Source: Botryllus schlosseri (lineage: Eukaryota). Taken from it: a stretch of 64,000 nucleotides of DNA. How positions within the stretch are numbered: position 1 is the first letter of the stretch; every line of letters begins with the position of its first letter. The stretch is taken from assembly GCA_051294905.1 (NCBI GenBank), contig CM119384.1:15748001-15812000 (forward strand), given 5' to 3'. Of the stretch, positions 62,451 to 64,000 are shown piece by piece. The translations under genes were made by a program, and so were the position numbers. Under the pieces are notes generated by a model. The model worked only from the letters and a program-made list of their open reading frames with translations. It was not told the origin of the DNA and ran no database searches.

Positions 62451-63925
62451 CCTTATACCACAGACGTGCTATCGTTCGTGATGGTACTTGTATAGTTTAC
62501 CAATATCATCGATGGTATGGCAAATGCCTGGTAACATTGTGCTCATGAGATGTGTCGTTGAGGTGTTGACGAATAAATGCAAATATGTATTTTGGAGCAG
62601 CATAACTTTCTTGCAACAGTGTAATGTACTCTCCAATTTCGAGCCATAAAGTATAGACAACTTCGACTATACAGATATATTAAAATATGTAGTAGGCCAT
62701 ACATGGGAAACAGATGCGACTGAGGAATATTGCGGGATCGACGATCCTATTGTATAATCCGTGGATTCAGGGAAATCTGGAAATGATAAAGTCTTGAAAA
62801 CATCGTGCATATGATTTATCATCTAATAACTACGGGAAATTAGCTTTGCATGGCTTTGCACTGTGTCTATGGGAAACATCTTGTGAAAGAAATCATCGGA
62901 TGATATTGCGTATATGGCGCAGGCAGAAATTACATTTATCGCAAATTTGCTTGAACTTAAATATGGCACCGACTCCTGTACTCGTATTTGCAAATGTCGA
63001 CCATAAATATTTGGTCAGGGGCAGGAAAACCAATATATGCTCATTGGTCACTTGAAACAGTTGCACACGGCAAGACTTCATCTCATTGTGCGGTGAGTCT
63101 GGCTGCGGCGCTACGTAACCTCGAGCGAGGATTGTTATACAGAGGATTACTCTAATCGGTTTTTCCAGGTTACAAGGTTGCTGTTGTTGTTGTTGTCGAC
63201 GACTAAATTTGACATTTATACGAACCCGGTGCTCTTGATTGCTAAGATATCAAGATTTTTGAACGAATAATGATGAGGTCGAATAAAAACACTTGTACAT
63301 GAATTCAGGAAGCTGCTGTCTTCCGTTATTCTACCCTCATAGGGTGCATAGAAGAGCAGACATAGCATTCTGATATAATCCACGTTCGTTTTGTAAGACA
63401 CAGCTTCCTCAGATCGGATTGCACGGAGGAGCCTATATAGATTTCATTCCGTCCTTTCGGTAGGCATGTGCCCATTTCTGGAGTAGGCCTTGACCGAACT
63501 TGAACTGGCATCGCCGTTGCTGGTGCAGTAGTAAAACGTATCACTACGTCACCTCTCTATTGTCAGGCTATGGCTGTAATGATTGGTTGCAGGCAGAAAA
63601 ATTACTCGGCGACTGCAATTTGACTGGGCAAACTTCCAACAATTAATTTAGTTTCAACCACTATTAGTTATTGGAATCCAAATTTAAGGGCATATCTAGC
63701 TGAATGTTGAATTATTCGCGATTATGCGGGAGGGTAGGCGTATAACATCCGGTATCATCACTGTTTTTATAGGGAGATTTCGCGGAGACAAGGTATAACC
63801 AAGAGTTTTGATACGACATCCTGGTTTAAGAACCAAGGAAAATGCCGTGTTACGTTAACCTCGTCAGGTCCTATGGTGGATGAGAAGTAGGTATATACCA
63901 TTCGGAATAATCAGTATCTCTACAG

Positions 63926-64000
63926 CACGGGTCGGCAACGGCCGATACTCGTGTTATTTGCGGCACGCGAGATGATTTGGCACACATAAGATATTATAAC
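63926..64000 (+). mobile_element. Left end of a Charlie-like MITE, cut by the window edge
   Basis: CACGGGTCGGCAAC preceded by ctctacag (NNNTANNN-type target). Confidence 0.5.

Noticed and set aside
63216-63544. Minus-strand frames with YIGSS (GIY-YIG-like) and YYC (Ig-like) words
   Set aside because: The rest of either domain is missing and stops interrupt the frames.
1-64000. CRISPR array, transposase, reverse transcriptase or viral ORF
   Set aside because: No regularly spaced repeat-spacer array and no DDE or RT motif found; all recognised mobile elements are non-autonomous.

Overview
Eukaryotic, AT-rich animal DNA in which CpG is not obviously depleted. It is probably an invertebrate deuterostome such as an ascidian, but the taxon is only an inference. 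No prokaryotic features (CRISPR, rRNA operon, IS) were seen. All homology calls are from remembered human sequences, not database searches. Two protein-coding genes lie on the + strand. (1) A HECTD2-type HECT E3 ubiquitin ligase: 15 exons reconstructed by hand from 919 to 37823, 2008 nt, frame-consistent, about 668 aa, with the 5' end outside the window. One of its introns (14283-15232) has U12 minor-spliceosome signals. (2) A 612-aa Sestrin (52584-54422) whose CDS has no introns, preceded by a pair of perfect ATF4/CEBP CARE motifs and a p53-type element. The remaining DNA is dense in non-autonomous DNA transposons: hAT MITEs with 8-bp TSDs and Kolobok-like palindromic MITEs. There is also one tRNA-derived SINE. 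At 57.4-60.9 kb six hAT elements form a three-level nest in which one 8-bp target site was used twice. No transposase ORF was found, and nearly all short six-frame ORFs are noise or alternative frames.
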